64,000 nt of DNA, taken from contig AP026143.1 of assembly GCA_030295235.1 (NCBI GenBank), forward strand, positions 124,001 through 188,000, read 5' to 3'. The translations under genes and the position numbers were made by a program. The first letter of the stretch is position 1. Each line of letters begins with the position of its first letter. This document shows positions 1 through 12,657 of the stretch, in pieces. The notes under the pieces were generated by a model. It saw nothing but the letters and a program-made list of their open reading frames with translations. It had not been told where the DNA came from and did not search any database. Source of the DNA: Fistulifera solaris. Lineage: Eukaryota.

Positions 1-37
1 ATATTGTGCTTCCAGTTAAGTTGACGGCCTTACGAAA

Positions 38-1127
38 ATGACAGTATCCGCCCCATCGTCGAACGAGTTACAGAGACGCGTCACGGCAGCCAAAATGGTT
101 ACGACAGATGTCACGCGGCGCATGATTTGTGGAGGTGTTGCCGGTATGATAGCCAAGGTATGTTGATTGAATACAGGATGGTCACGTTACTTCTTTGGAG
201 CTCAAAGTCATCGTTACAGACTGTAACAAATCCCTTGGAACGGATCAAAATGTTGTCACAAACGGGAGAAGGAACCAAAAAGGCCAGCGGGAGACCGTCC
301 ATCTTGGGTTTATATCGTGATATATTGCAGAAAGAAGGCATATTGGGTTTATGGGCTGGAAATGGGGCCAATCTGTAAGTCCTCGACAAGCAAACGGTAG
401 CTGCAACAGCTTCTCTCTCGCTCATTTCGATCATCGAATCATTCCGCTTTTTAGGTTACGTGTCTTTCCTGCCAAATCGGTGGTGTTTTCCTGCAATGAC
501 TATTATCGAGCTTTGTTTTCACGAATCTTACAAACCGATCAACTACCTGCTCCCGTCAGCTTTCTGGCAGGAGGATTAAGTGGGATGACGGCGACGGCTG
601 TGACATATCCCTTGGATTTGGCGCGAGGACGCATTTCGGGGAAACTGGCGGTCGCCAAGGGACAGAAAGTTTATCGCGGTATAGTTCAAACGATTCTTTT
701 GACAGTCCGGGAAGAAGGTGTTGCTGCGCTGTTTAAGGGTATAACACCTACGATTCTGGGTGCATTGCCGTATGAAGGCATCAAATTTGGTACTGTTGGT
801 GCCATGGAGCGTCTCTTTCCGGAGGAAAATTCCTCCGTAAGTACTCCGGTTCGTAAAATGATTTTTGGTGGGATGGGAGGTGTTATGGCTGGATTAATTA
901 CGTATCCGAACGACACAGTGCGGCGCCTTTTGCAGCTGCAAGGTAGCCGTGGCAACAGCTCAACGTATGCTGGCTACTGGGATTGTGTGAGACAAACGTA
1001 TAGGACTCACGGAATCTCTCGTTTCTACCATGGCTTGACGATAAACACAATTCGCATGGCTCCCAACACTGCTCTGCAGTTCTATTTCTATTCCCTACTC
1101 AAGCAGTGGTCGGATGGTCTCGTATAG
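38..1127 (+). CDS. Mitochondrial carrier family (SLC25) protein, possibly CoA/adenine-nucleotide carrier-like; 3 exons
   Basis: ATG at 38. GT-AG introns 158-219 and 375-454 join ...GGVAGMIAK|TVTNPLERIK...GNGANL|LRVFP. Three carrier signature repeats Px[DE]xx[KR]: PLERIK, PLDLAR, PNDTVR. Confidence 0.92.
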
Positions 1128-1204
1128 CGTATGGCTTTCGGCCGATGTTTGGATGGCTCTCCAGCATTCTCATTCCGTAATTTATAAGCACACTAAACTG
1201 ATGA

Positions 1205-1250
1205 GCTGCGAGTTTCTACAACGATGTGCTGCGAGTTTCTACAACGATGT
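1205..1250 (+). repeat. Exact tandem duplication of 23 bp (GCTGCGAGTTTCTACAACGATGT x2)
   Basis: Copies read directly at 1205-1227 and 1228-1250, between two convergent genes. Confidence 0.95.
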
Positions 1251-1355
1251 CATTAAGGTTTGAGCGGCAAACCTTTCTTGGCTCCCGAGATCAATAACAT
1301 GAAAAACAAACCAGTATTCATATCAGTTATATAACAGTAGGACCAATTAAGTGAC

Positions 1356-2042
1356 TCATACAGCTGAGTCTTCCAAAACACTGCTTTCTCCCGTACGAGT
1401 ACCTCCATCTCGGGCGAGAAGACTTCCGGCGCCATTGTCGTCGGAACTACCCAGGGCCAAGTTTTCCATGTTCGTCAAAATTACCGTTGCAATTCCGCGA
1501 TCTTCCGAATCTTCCTCGTCAATGTCATCCAACATTTCTGTCTCTTCCTCATCCTCCACGAGAGGATCCAGTAAAGCTTCTGTGCCAGTTCCGCCGGATG
1601 CTCGGGAAACATTGGAAGAGTACACCAAATCGCTAAACGCGTGACAATCTTCCAAAGTGTCTTCCGACAACCGTTCGTTGACCGACGGCAAGTTACTAAA
1701 CTCTCTACTGTTGTGCATTTTGGCCTTTGACTCTGCGAAATCGAGTTCCACGAGGCCTTGTCGATCGTAGAGAATATCCCGATCAACGAGATCGTCAAGC
1801 GAGCTTATCGAAGAGTTTCCGTCTGTCGATGTTGTTGTTGATATGGTCTTCTTGCTGTGATGTGGACTCCGGGAGCGTCCTCGTTGGTCGGGGATGCGCT
1901 TTTTAAGAATACTGTTCACCTTTTCTGGCGGATGTAAGCTGGGACTCAAGCGGGGAGGCCCACGCGTGGCGTTCATTCTACCCGGGGGCAAATCGTCAAT
2001 GTCTTGGGCTCCTGTTGAATGATCATTATTGTCAGTTGACAT
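1356..2042 (-). CDS. Hypothetical acidic, low-complexity protein (~228 aa)
   Basis: Long ORF with first ATG at 2042 (MSTDNND...). No recognisable domain; the 3' end may be spliced. Confidence 0.6.
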   Translation of the reverse strand: MSTDNNDHSTGAQDIDDLPPGRMNATRGPPRLSPSLHPPEKVNSILKKRIPDQRGRSRSPHHSKKTISTTTSTDGNSSISSLDDLVDRDILYDRQGLVELDFAESKAKMHNSREFSNLPSVNERLSEDTLEDCHAFSDLVYSSNVSRASGGTGTEALLDPLVEDEEETEMLDDIDEEDSEDRGIATVILTNMENLALGSSDDNGAGSLLARDGGTRTGESSVLEDSAV

Positions 2043-2592
2043 TCTTTCCGGCCTCACTTTGATACCTTAGTCGAAAGGAGAAGCTCGTAATGCAGTGATG
2101 ATTTGATGACTTTGAAGTGAAAGATAATCACCCCAACGCACTGTTATGATGTTTTCAAGATCAACAAAACAAACAAGCAACAAACGGCTGCTGCTGCCTG
2201 CTTGCCTGCTGCAAGCTGCAACTGCTGCTGCGGCGACGGCGATACGGCTCTACTCTCAGTTCGATACTATATTGTAGAGTACTCTACCGTGTACACTAGA
2301 TCGTAGAAAATGTCAGGCTTTGCGGCCCTAAAAACAGTAGGCTTTTTTGTCCTATCGAAACTGATCTACTATATAGTCAGTCTTTGTGCGACTTTTACAG
2401 TTGAAACTAGAGACTAGACTCTAGGGCAGGGATAGACTACGACGACCCTCCTCCTCTCTAAAAAAAACAATATTTCCTAAGCCAAGATCTCGTCTTATAC
2501 TCCGGTCATTGATTCGCTTCACGTTAAATTGAAAATATTACAGTTGGTAAACTAGCCTGCAATTATACTGGGGTATTTTACAAATCAAAAAC

Positions 2593-5500
2593 TCAAAATT
2601 GTTCAGAACCGTTGCTCTTGCCAAAATGATCGTTGTCCACAATCGTTATCATCCCATCGTCGCTCCCAATAAAAAAGAAATTGTTCGGCGGGATTCAGAT
2701 CTTCCGGGGTAAATCCAATGCACCGTATGGGGCCATGTTTCGCCAAATCAAGCACAGCGCACACACGCAATTCCGGAACCGTCCACACTTTGACCTGACA
2801 CGCCTCTCCCCCAGTGATTAAAAACTGGTCGTTACTGCATAATCTCATATCATGAAACTTTTCTCCGGTTCTCCGACTTGCTAATCTGACAGCGTTGAGA
2901 GTAAATGTGTGAAGGCTGTGGTCCTCGCAGTGTACAACAAGCAGCCCAGAGTTTCCTAATGCGATACTCCCTACTGCTATCGTACCGTTAGCTGATTTTG
3001 TCAGCACTGGCGGCGTGAACGATCGAATAAATTCTCCGCGATGAACGGAATGAATACAGATACGTCCTGTCTGACTTCCAGACACGACAGCGTCGAGGTC
3101 CGAGTTCAACGCCAGTGAAGTAATCGGGCTATCATGTCCCCATAAAACGTGACAACATCGCAGCAGATGTTCCCCGTCAGACGGAGGGCCGAGTGCTGTT
3201 TGAACATACGTGTCGCAGAGTGCGTTGGCCAAGTCGGAATCATCCAAGACCCAGATGCGGACAGTAGCGTCTTCTCCTCCACTTGCAACTATCCCACCGC
3301 CGTCTCCTGTCGCAACTACTCGTATAGGCCCATTGTGGCCTCCGGTTTCGCTAGCAACCACTCGGAAACCGTCAGCGGAATGGATCTTTATGGTTTCGTC
3401 CCAGTAAATGGAACTAGCCATAAAAAAGCGGCCTTCGAGAGACGCGACATTGTTGGTTCCGTGAGACATCAATATATTGGATGGGATCACAGAGTTTTTT
3501 CTCAAGTCTTCCTTTGATACACCTGTCATGGCCAAAGCGAATGATGATGGACCAATTGCGTACCGACTCTCCATAGCTGCTGAAGATATTTCCGATCCTT
3601 TCTTTAGAGACAGTCTAGATGTACTTAGTTCGCGTGCCGGTAACGGTCGAAGTCGATCCATGCGAAGACGATTGTCTTTGCTTTTTGGGTTCCACCGATA
3701 CGAGCCAATGCTCATGTCTGCGTAGATGCCATATACAGCATCCGCAAGCACTAGCAGCTTCACCACAGCCCCTTTCGCGTACTCACTGCGCATATTAGCA
3801 AATTGTTTCGATGGTGTGTAACACTTCAATCTACCGGCGATTGTTGTATCTGAAATAAGAGGTTTCCAGCATTCCTCTGACGGGCCTCTGGTAGGGTGGG
3901 GATCAAGTGCGATAAGCTGGCATGGTGTTTGCCCAAAATTCTGGATATGGCTTTCTGCGGCCTCACGATCAACCTGACTAGCGATTTTATCCAGGTCGAC
4001 ACTTCCCTCGTACGAGAGATGATGAAAGATGTTGTGGGCTGCTTCTGCTTCTGGCCCTCGTTGCTTAAAACCAAACACAAGGTCAATCCAATGTGAGAGG
4101 TTCTGCGAAACATACTCAGATTCTAGAGCTAGACGGTTGATTCGCACGAACTCGTAGGCAGAGCCCTTCGCCCAAGGAGGAAGCCCAACATCATTTACAA
4201 GATGCCCTGATTGAGTGCGCCCCAAGGGGAAACCATTCGTGTTCAGGAACATTTCAGGGAGATAATAGAACTCAGGCACCAGTTCCTTCATGTCTGACGA
4301 TGAAGTCATGCAGCTTTTCCAGCTAGAGGCCACATCCAAAAATAGACGGTCGGCGCAGTCAAAGCGTCCCGACTGTAGTTGGATGTGCATTGTCGTGAAA
4401 GGTTCTTGACGCATCAGAAAATGCAGTACGATGCCGGGTGAAGAATAATGTGAGCCATAAAGAAATTTTTCTGCCTCGGTGAATCCGAACGCTTCTAGCT
4501 CACTATATCTTTCGAGAAGCTGGACCAGCCTCTCTTGGTTGAGTGCTCCGATAGGCTTTGTTAGATCTCGATAAACGCGAGAATCGTCAAGATTTATACT
4601 TTCACTTGTATAATCGGCAAGGACCCATGGAAACACGGGGTAATTTGCCAAATCATTGAAGCTCCGCCCCGCCATTCGGTTAATGGCAATAAGGTATTCG
4701 AAAGTAGATATTTTTCGCTTCTTCCATAAATCCGTCATTTTGGACTTACGGAAAACTGTTCTTGGATTTAAAGTCTTCGGCGACCACAGCATTGGCAGCT
4801 ACAAGTCACTTGTGAGATTGACGATAGGGACAGGTGGGCTCATATTAAGCAGACGTACCTTGCAGTAGCTTCTAAGCTTGGTGTGAAACCTGTCCCTTTC
4901 GCGTGGACCTGACGGAAAATTGAGAAGGAGATCCGTCATGTCGGCAAAGAAGAGCTCTACTGCTTGATGCTTTAGTAAGTATCGCCGACCGTGAATCTCA
5001 GTTAGTTGTGCGAGCTTCCATCTTTTCCCTCTACTACTGTCTGCATCCAAACGCTCGATGAATTCTTTTGTCATAATATTAATTTCCGCGGACGAGGGAA
5101 GAAAGTAAAGACTGTCAGTGGTCATGAGAAGCGTCCCTTCGATGTACGACTGTAGAGATATAATCATGACAGGGTCAAACCTGCCCACGACACTTTCATT
5201 GTGCGACCAAATGTAATTTTTTGCCCAGCCATCGATATCGCCGTCCTCGTCGCCGTCTAACTCTTCTGAAGAAATTTTATCCCAACTAGCGTCTATCTCT
5301 GCATCCTGCATCATCTTTGATTCAGTTACCTTTATTTCTTCAACATCGTCAAGTGCTTCTGACGTCTCTGACATAGACTCGAGAACAGTGGACTCTCCGT
5401 CAGAAGCCAAAAGGCAATCATCGTCAAGTGGTTCCTCGTCTACGTGTCCATCGCTGACATTGAAGGCATCCGCGTTTCTGCGCATGACTTCCGTTAAACT

Positions 5501-8500
5501 ACGCTCGCTGGTTTTGTCATCTCCGAATATGGCTTTGACCTCGTCTTCTGTTGTGTCGTATCTGGCGTCAAGATGACTGTCGAAGTCTGAATTCTCCATT
5601 AGAATTTGTTTTCTGCCCATTCTATCTGTCCATTTAGGAATCATCCAATGTTTGGGCTCTCGCCATGGGTCCATAACAAGGCGCTCTATCGTTTTCCATC
5701 TCTGCTCAGCTGCACTTCTCCTGCTTGCAGCATCTCTGGAAACATCTAAAAAATCTGACTTGTACTTTTCAGAAAGGCGTTTGAGAATTATGTCGCCGTC
5801 ATATTCGATGTCACGAACCGCGTCCGTCTCTGTCCACTTTCGCTGTGATTCAAGGTAACTTGTGAAGCAATCATCCAATGCCTTTTCGAAATCGACCAAG
5901 ATATCGTGAGATTCCTTCGAGAACTGTTCTATCGCAAGTAAACCTTGCATCGTTGTGCCGTTTCCACTCGCTCCGTCATGTGCTGCGATCGACACTTGTT
6001 CCGGAATAGCTAAATCAAATCGGTTCTCCACGTCTTGAAATCCTTTCACCCACTTGCTTTTCAAAAAAGTCCGAATAGACTGGTCTTTGGTTGAATTGTC
6101 GTTGCTACCGCTCTCTAGCAAACTACTTAGTAGCGCTTCATAGGCCTCATTCGAGAGAGCCGCCTTGAAAAGATCATTTCTTCTTTGAAAAATCTCAGAA
6201 ACAATTTCGTAAAGCTTTTTCGTGGATCTCAGCAATCGTCGGTGATGCTTCTTTTGTGACTCTCTATTCTCAAAATATTTCCCTGTGAACGAAAACTCAA
6301 TTTCGGACAGCAGTGCAACAGATCGTGCAAGAGCACGGTGGCTGTGCAGCAGTGCTGCAAGCAGGAGTCTGTCAATGTGAGCAACGCCTTGCTGGAACGT
6401 CGAAGTCGGTTGACCGTGTCCAGCGACTGCACCATCTCCGACAAGCTCCAAGGCCCAGTCAATGAGCGTATGCAAGCGGCTCACGCACTGGAGAAATTTG
6501 ACGCTGCATGGCTCAAGTAAAGCTAGAAGAACAAAAGACAATCGCATCGCAGAGGAAACAAGTGGCCCTTGAGAAGAACCCAGTCTAGACTCCGAGTTCT
6601 TGACCAGCGCAAGGTAGTTCATTTTAGGGATCGGGGACACGTTTTCAAGAGAATCCGGGAAGAGAAAAGCATCCAGTAGCACCAAGATTTGTGCTGATAA
6701 TGAGACGCTTAGGCGTATCTTGGCCGCTTTACATTCTTCGGCACTAGATGTTGGCTCGCTCTCGCTGTAGCGTGAAAAATTTTCGGCGGAAATACCGTGC
6801 AGTCGACCATCTGGCAATCGAAAACCGTGAAGGCCGCCGGTTACAGAATCTACTGCGGCAGCACGCTGTATTCGGTAATCAAACATTTCGACTGTTCCAA
6901 GACTTCGAATAATGAGACATCAAACATTCGACGCGGGTTCGCTTGCTGACATCTTTCTTACCTGCTTTTTATAGTCATGGCGACAATGACTTCAGCCAGA
7001 TGACGCAAGGAACGCCACGTGCGTACGGCTGTGACCATGTCTAAACCCTGCTTAGTCCCTTGATTTGTAATTGCGTCAGTAACTATCTTCGCGCTTTGTT
7101 TGAGAGGAAGACTATCATGGTCGAGATCTATATCCTTCCACGCTTCCGCTGAAAAGAGCCAATTTCAAGAATTACTCCATAGTCAAAAAGATTGGAGCAA
7201 AATCTGCTAAGAATCATCAGCAAAACCTCAGTGCCATTGACGCACGTTCTTTCTAGTGAGGCAGTCTTCTCCACCGTGTCCACTACCTGTGAAGAGTTTT
7301 GAGTTGAAATAAGGTAACAACACCTTACGATCTGTATAGTGACTGACCTTTTCAGTGCCTGCTCGCAGTAGATGGCCAAGAAGAGCACTGTAAATATCTA
7401 GTACTACGTCAAGGCGCGCTACAAAACGATTGGCCGAATCGCTTGTATCTTCGTCTTGCATTCTTCTCAATGACGTCCTCCTTACGGATTCCATGGTGTC
7501 GGAGATCAACTGAAACATGGGTGGCTCCCAGTCAGGAAGTGAAGCAAGCAACGCAACATTTTTCCGACTAGCGTTGGCAAGAGAGAATAAGACGTGGATC
7601 CACTCGTCTTTCTGGTCTTCCGTTAAGAATCTCAACAGTCTTAGAATAAGCCCAGTTGCAAGCGGATTAACAAATGATTTGCTAATCAGCTCGCCTTTTT
7701 CAGTAAAGATATTCCGGACCCAATCCAGGCATAGAAAATACCCAGGTTGCGGCCCATGGATGGGCGCAATCAAGCAGTCTTTATCAAAGCTGGGCTCAGT
7801 TGTCGAAGCTGATTGCAGATTGTCATCATCTGTTGACATATGAAGCAATGCTATGCTGGTGAAATGCGACAACTGGTATCTTCGACTCTTTAATACATGC
7901 CAAACAAACTTGTAGACAACTCGTGGAGAAGCCGGTGTCGACATGCGACCTGTGGCTCCCATCGCAGTAAGACTTTGTGCGAGGCGCTCCCTAATCCTAT
8001 TCGATGCCCGAATAGCATTGACGGTGACTTCGTTTCCATTTGTTGCATCGTCTCGTCCTTGAACCATATTTGTGCCCAACGACAATACATCATCCGGCCC
8101 TTTCGAAGTCAATTTGAGATAAGCGTCTAACGTGCGAATGCCCAAGGCTCTGATTTCGTCGTCATCGACATTGATTAGCGAGCAGACGATCCAGGCAGCG
8201 CCATTGTGGACACTGCCGCAACACTGCGCGAAAGATTCAAACAAACCGGAAACAATCGGTCTTTGTTTGAACAGAAATAGCAAAGCGATACACGCGCCAA
8301 CAGCGTTTTCTTTTGTAGACCAGGAAAGGGAACCTTTTCCGTCTTCGCGCTGTGCAACAATGCTTGCGATGAAGTTTAAAAGGGGAGAAAGGTCCTTGAC
8401 TGTGACACTTACGGATAGAATGGAGTAGATTATTCCAAGGATAGTTTTGCTTACGATATGGTCGGGTCTCTCAATGGCGTTCTCGTGAGGCTCAGTAGCA

Positions 8501-11141
8501 GAACTGATACTTGCACTTAGACCTATAACCAAGTCTTTGATTTTGACACAATCGCGCACTGTTTCTGGGGACGACCTCGTTATCTGTGAAAGGACAGGTA
8601 GTATAATTTTGTGCAACCCACTGGCATCCATTAGCGAGGATCCATCAAGCCACAATGACACGTTGAAAATAAGTCGCGAGAGAATCTTAGCTTCAAGAGC
8701 GAAGTTGTTGGTACAGCAGGATTGCAAGCGCACAAGCGATTGCACAAGGTGGGTGGACACCTTGACGTCGGAGCACACCGATCCATATAGTGAGTTTGTT
8801 GAGTCGTTGAATACTTTCGTTGTAACCACTTTTTTACTTGTAGTGAGGAGATCTGCGATTATATCGATTCCTCCACACCGCAGTAGCTCCCCAGCATTGT
8901 CACTGTCGTCGTTGATAAATGCGTACATCATTTCAAAAAGAGATGGTAAAATACATGCGAGCGTACCTCCGTCCACTCCCAGTTCACTATTTAGAGAGAC
9001 AAAGGATTTCATAATTGGCAACACTGTTTGAACACCGCCAAGACTTTTTATGACGCCTGGAAGACCACTGAGCGACCAACTCCGAGTACTTTTAATGTCT
9101 GCGTGTGCTCCCATTCGAAGTTCTATTACTTGTTTTCCCACTACTCGCTTTGGATCCCAAGATGCGAAAATTTTGGACGCAAAAGCTGATTTCTGTAGGG
9201 CTATAGGTACTTCGAAGTCATCTTTATCATCAGCGTAATCAATTTCGATGTCGATCACTGAAAGGGCGTTATCTCTGCACATCCGTCGCTTCCTTGATTT
9301 CGGGACAAAGTCTTCGAGGTTGTTATCGTCCAGAACACGAGATTCACGCACCAAAGAACTAGCTTTTGCGTCCCATGATTCGTGAGTGCCGGATAGTTTG
9401 CGTAGCGCTCCCGCCTTCCCTCCTGTTGCATCGAATAAAGCCCGAAAAGACGCGTCGGAAACACTGTCATTGAAAAGGTAAAGAGCGCCTGTCTCACCGT
9501 CAAAATCTTTTCCTAGACACAGTTTCATGTTCAGCCTCGATTGCGTCGTTGAAATTTTCCGTAAGTTTAGAATAGAGGATGAATGATCGTCAAAGTCTGC
9601 CCGCGACACTTTCGGAAAAGGTAGATCATTTGTTGTCATTGTCTTTCCGTCAATCAAAATGGATATTTGGTAGCGCGCACCTAAGGAAAATACTCCTTTT
9701 AGCCTCGACTGGGAATGTCGAATCGCCAAATGGTACCACACACGAGGCAGCATGACGTAACCGTTCACTTTCAGTTGATGAGCGGGTTCATCAGTATTGG
9801 AATCAAAGATTGAAACAATGATCGTGCATGCTTGCGAGATAGGATTATCAACCTTTTCGAGAGATACCGCAATGCCACCACCGTCGTCGCTTCTGGCACT
9901 AAACAAAATTGGGTTACCGTCAAACCGTTCTGCCCGGAACCAAAGCGCCATTCCAAAATCGTTGCGGAATGGCCAATGCGGAAGACCGTGTATAGTTTTT
10001 TGAAGGCCTTCGGATTGCTCGAAGCAGAAAAAATGTCGCGGTGAACTTTTCAACACGTGCGATCGCGAAGATCCTAAAGCAGCAGTGCGCAACGCCTGAA
10101 CGAGAGCAAGTCTAGCGTGGCCCCCCAGTGACTGTTTCTGAGTCAAATTCATCCATTCTCGCAGCTGCCGTGCGGTACCTCCACCGATAGCAAAAGGCCA
10201 AGAAGCCGTGCCAGGGGCCTTGAAAGCTTTCCAGGGGAAGCTGCTTCGACCAAACGAAGCAAATCCGATATGGCCGGTCGGTTTTCTCCTGGCCATGAAC
10301 ACTGCAAACGCGCAACATTGTACCTCGTATGGGGGCGAACTGTCGAGTGGTCAGCGAGAGGGGGCGGATTGAGAACAACAGGGCCTTTATGACCTTCCCC
10401 TTGATCATATTCATCATCGGTTTCATGCGATAAAACTCTCGTCAAAATTCTGAGAAACGCTTTCGAGAAATGCTCTGGCAGTTGTTGTAACAAGAATGAA
10501 TTGTTTGCTCTCGCTGTCAACAGCGCTCTGATACGATTTGGCTGCATTGCTATCGTCACGTCTGGCAAATCTACCTTTACAGGAGTGCAAAGACGCTCCT
10601 GGTCCAGGGTTGCTTTGACGACATCCAGCGGCAAAACAGGAACCAGTACCTCAGCAAAAATTTCACCGAGTACGCGAGCTTCCGTCGTGTATTCGTCAGC
10701 AGGATCAGCTGGAATATTCGTGAACGGTATATACTCCTCTAAAAGACAACGTAATGAGCTTGTTGAGACTGATTCTGGTTGACTGGAGTCCACAATATGA
10801 TTGTCTTCCACAGAATGTGCTGTGAAAGAAGCAGCCCGTACGGGTTGAAAACACCCTCGGTAGCTTCCGCTCAGCGACAATTTCGCCAAGTTCTCGGAAG
10901 ATCCGTTAACAACTTCTGTATTGGCGATCGATGATTGCTGTTTCAGGGAAGCGTCGATAAGTTCGGACGGAAAAGACACCGGCTGAACTCCGTCTTCAAA
11001 TACCTCGACAAAAGAATCTTCCATGCACCGATCAGATGATGACCTTCCATCGCGATGTGTTAATTCATCTTCCTCTTCATGTTGAACAACTGACTCTGAT
11101 TTTGATGGAAGGCTTTGACGTTGCTGTTTGCTACTATCCAT
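2593..11141 (-). CDS. BEACH-domain protein (neurobeachin/LRBA-like: ConA/LamG-like, ARM-like, PH, BEACH, WD40)
   Basis: Merges ORFs 10149-11195, 7228-10302, 4799-6886 and 2603-4792. BEACH motifs GRSFNDLANYPVFPWVLADY, YGSHYS, ELVPEFY, WIDLVFG, NFGQTP. PH motif RRYLLKHQAVELFF. WD40 motifs SGGEDATVRIW and GHDSPITSL. GT-AG intron 4799-4858, with others near 6890-6960 and 7290-7345. Removing one A at 2671-2676 restores the final WD strand FLFIGSDDGMITIVD and a stop at 2593. Confidence 0.92.
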
Positions 11142-11712
11142 AATGTCACAGCGACTGCCAAACTTTCCCACGCTAGTCCAGGATGTACTCTTCAATGTTT
11201 ATTGGGTTTTGTATTTAACTACTTGTTCAAGTTATGCGAGAAATAATGATAATCATGACTTTCATCATGGTCTAAATCCTTATTTCGCTTCATCTCGTCG
11301 CTGTCGCAAAGATTTCGAACAGCAAAAGAGAGACGAGGCAAGTACAAAAGCTTGGTCCGACTGGTACCGGTAGATCTCTAACTCGATCCACTAAACTTCA
11401 TCCTTAATGACCAGATGGGATTTCTGGTTTTGATCACACTATGACGCACAGTGTATTATTTATCAAACTTCAGCATAATTGATGGAATCGCACCAGTTCT
11501 CCAATGTATCTGAGAGGTACAATTCAATCACGGACACACGTTTCATACAATGATCACCTCACAGAACCGAAACACGACCGTCTAAGAGAAAAGGGATGCA
11601 TTTCGCCTCCTCTTTCGACGACATGCTGACATTCTTATTGCCTTCGATCTTATTCGCTGTTTGCAAGTATAGGAACTGTCAAGATCGATTCTGCATTCGC
11701 TGTCAACATAAA

Positions 11713-12534
11713 ATGAGCCAAAGTCGGAACGAGGAACTGCCTATCGCGTTTGCGAATGCTGTCAATAACGATGAAGCTACTCATTATGATTCTCGGGGTG
11801 AAATTTCTGCCGTGTCGACGCCCGCTGAACTGGTTGCATTAGAAGTACCTGTGATGGCTGTTGAGAGCGGAGAGGATGGTGATTACCGTCACGTCGTCGA
11901 TGAAGGAACAATTGTCGCTGAAAATGTTGTGGCGACCGATGAAGTAGCAATGGAAAGTCTGCTGAAGAAGAACGAGGAGCTCCAGAAAGAAGAAATAGAG
12001 CTGCTTTCACAGCTACGGACGCATTTGGAATCACCAGAAATCTTCCAAAGTACCCGTGGAGAGCTTTTGGCTAGCTTAATAGACAAAACGAAACAACTGC
12101 AACAATTCCAGGAGCAACAGAGGAAAATTCTTATGGATGCGTGTGATCAAAGATATAGATACAGTGAAATTCTTCGAATGCAAGGAGAGCTGCGTGTAAG
12201 GCAAAACGAAGTCAAATATCATCTTCAGACAATCCTTTGGCTGCAAGGGAAAGCATCAAAACGACCGAGTAAACGATCCTTGAGAATATCGCGCGTGGAT
12301 GGTCCAGGAAGGCATCAAGACCCAACCACTGCTCAGAGAATAGCTGCCTACTGCAAAATCTTGTTTTGGTGGGGAGTTATTTTGATGGTCTTGTTTGCCG
12401 CTGTTAACATTATTATTGCTGTGGTTTACGAAGTGACCAGCAACAACGACAACGGAGAAGCTAGCTTAGAAGGACTTGATGGTGATGATCGAGGTGGCGG
12501 GCGAGGTCTTCTCAAGCTGACCAAGAAAACTTAG
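11713..12534 (+). CDS. Hypothetical coiled-coil protein with one C-terminal transmembrane helix
   Basis: ORF with probable ATG at 11713 (MSQSRNEELPIA). Heptad-like E/Q/L region followed by hydrophobic ILFWWGVILMVLFAAVNIIIAVVY. Confidence 0.7.
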   Translation: MSQSRNEELPIAFANAVNNDEATHYDSRGEISAVSTPAELVALEVPVMAVESGEDGDYRHVVDEGTIVAENVVATDEVAMESLLKKNEELQKEEIELLSQLRTHLESPEIFQSTRGELLASLIDKTKQLQQFQEQQRKILMDACDQRYRYSEILRMQGELRVRQNEVKYHLQTILWLQGKASKRPSKRSLRISRVDGPGRHQDPTTAQRIAAYCKILFWWGVILMVLFAAVNIIIAVVYEVTSNNDNGEASLEGLDGDDRGGGRGLLKLTKKT

Positions 12535-12657
12535 CAAATGACTTTTCATGGAAAAGGCACCACGAGTACTACAATATTAATTTAAAATTTTTTGCTGCTG
12601 TTCTTTTCACGTTTTCTTTCAATTGAACTACTCCGTTCATTTAAAAGGCATCGCTCA

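Noticed and set aside
1205..1250. CRISPR-like repeat
   Set aside because: Only two adjacent copies with no spacer, no cas genes, and a eukaryotic context.
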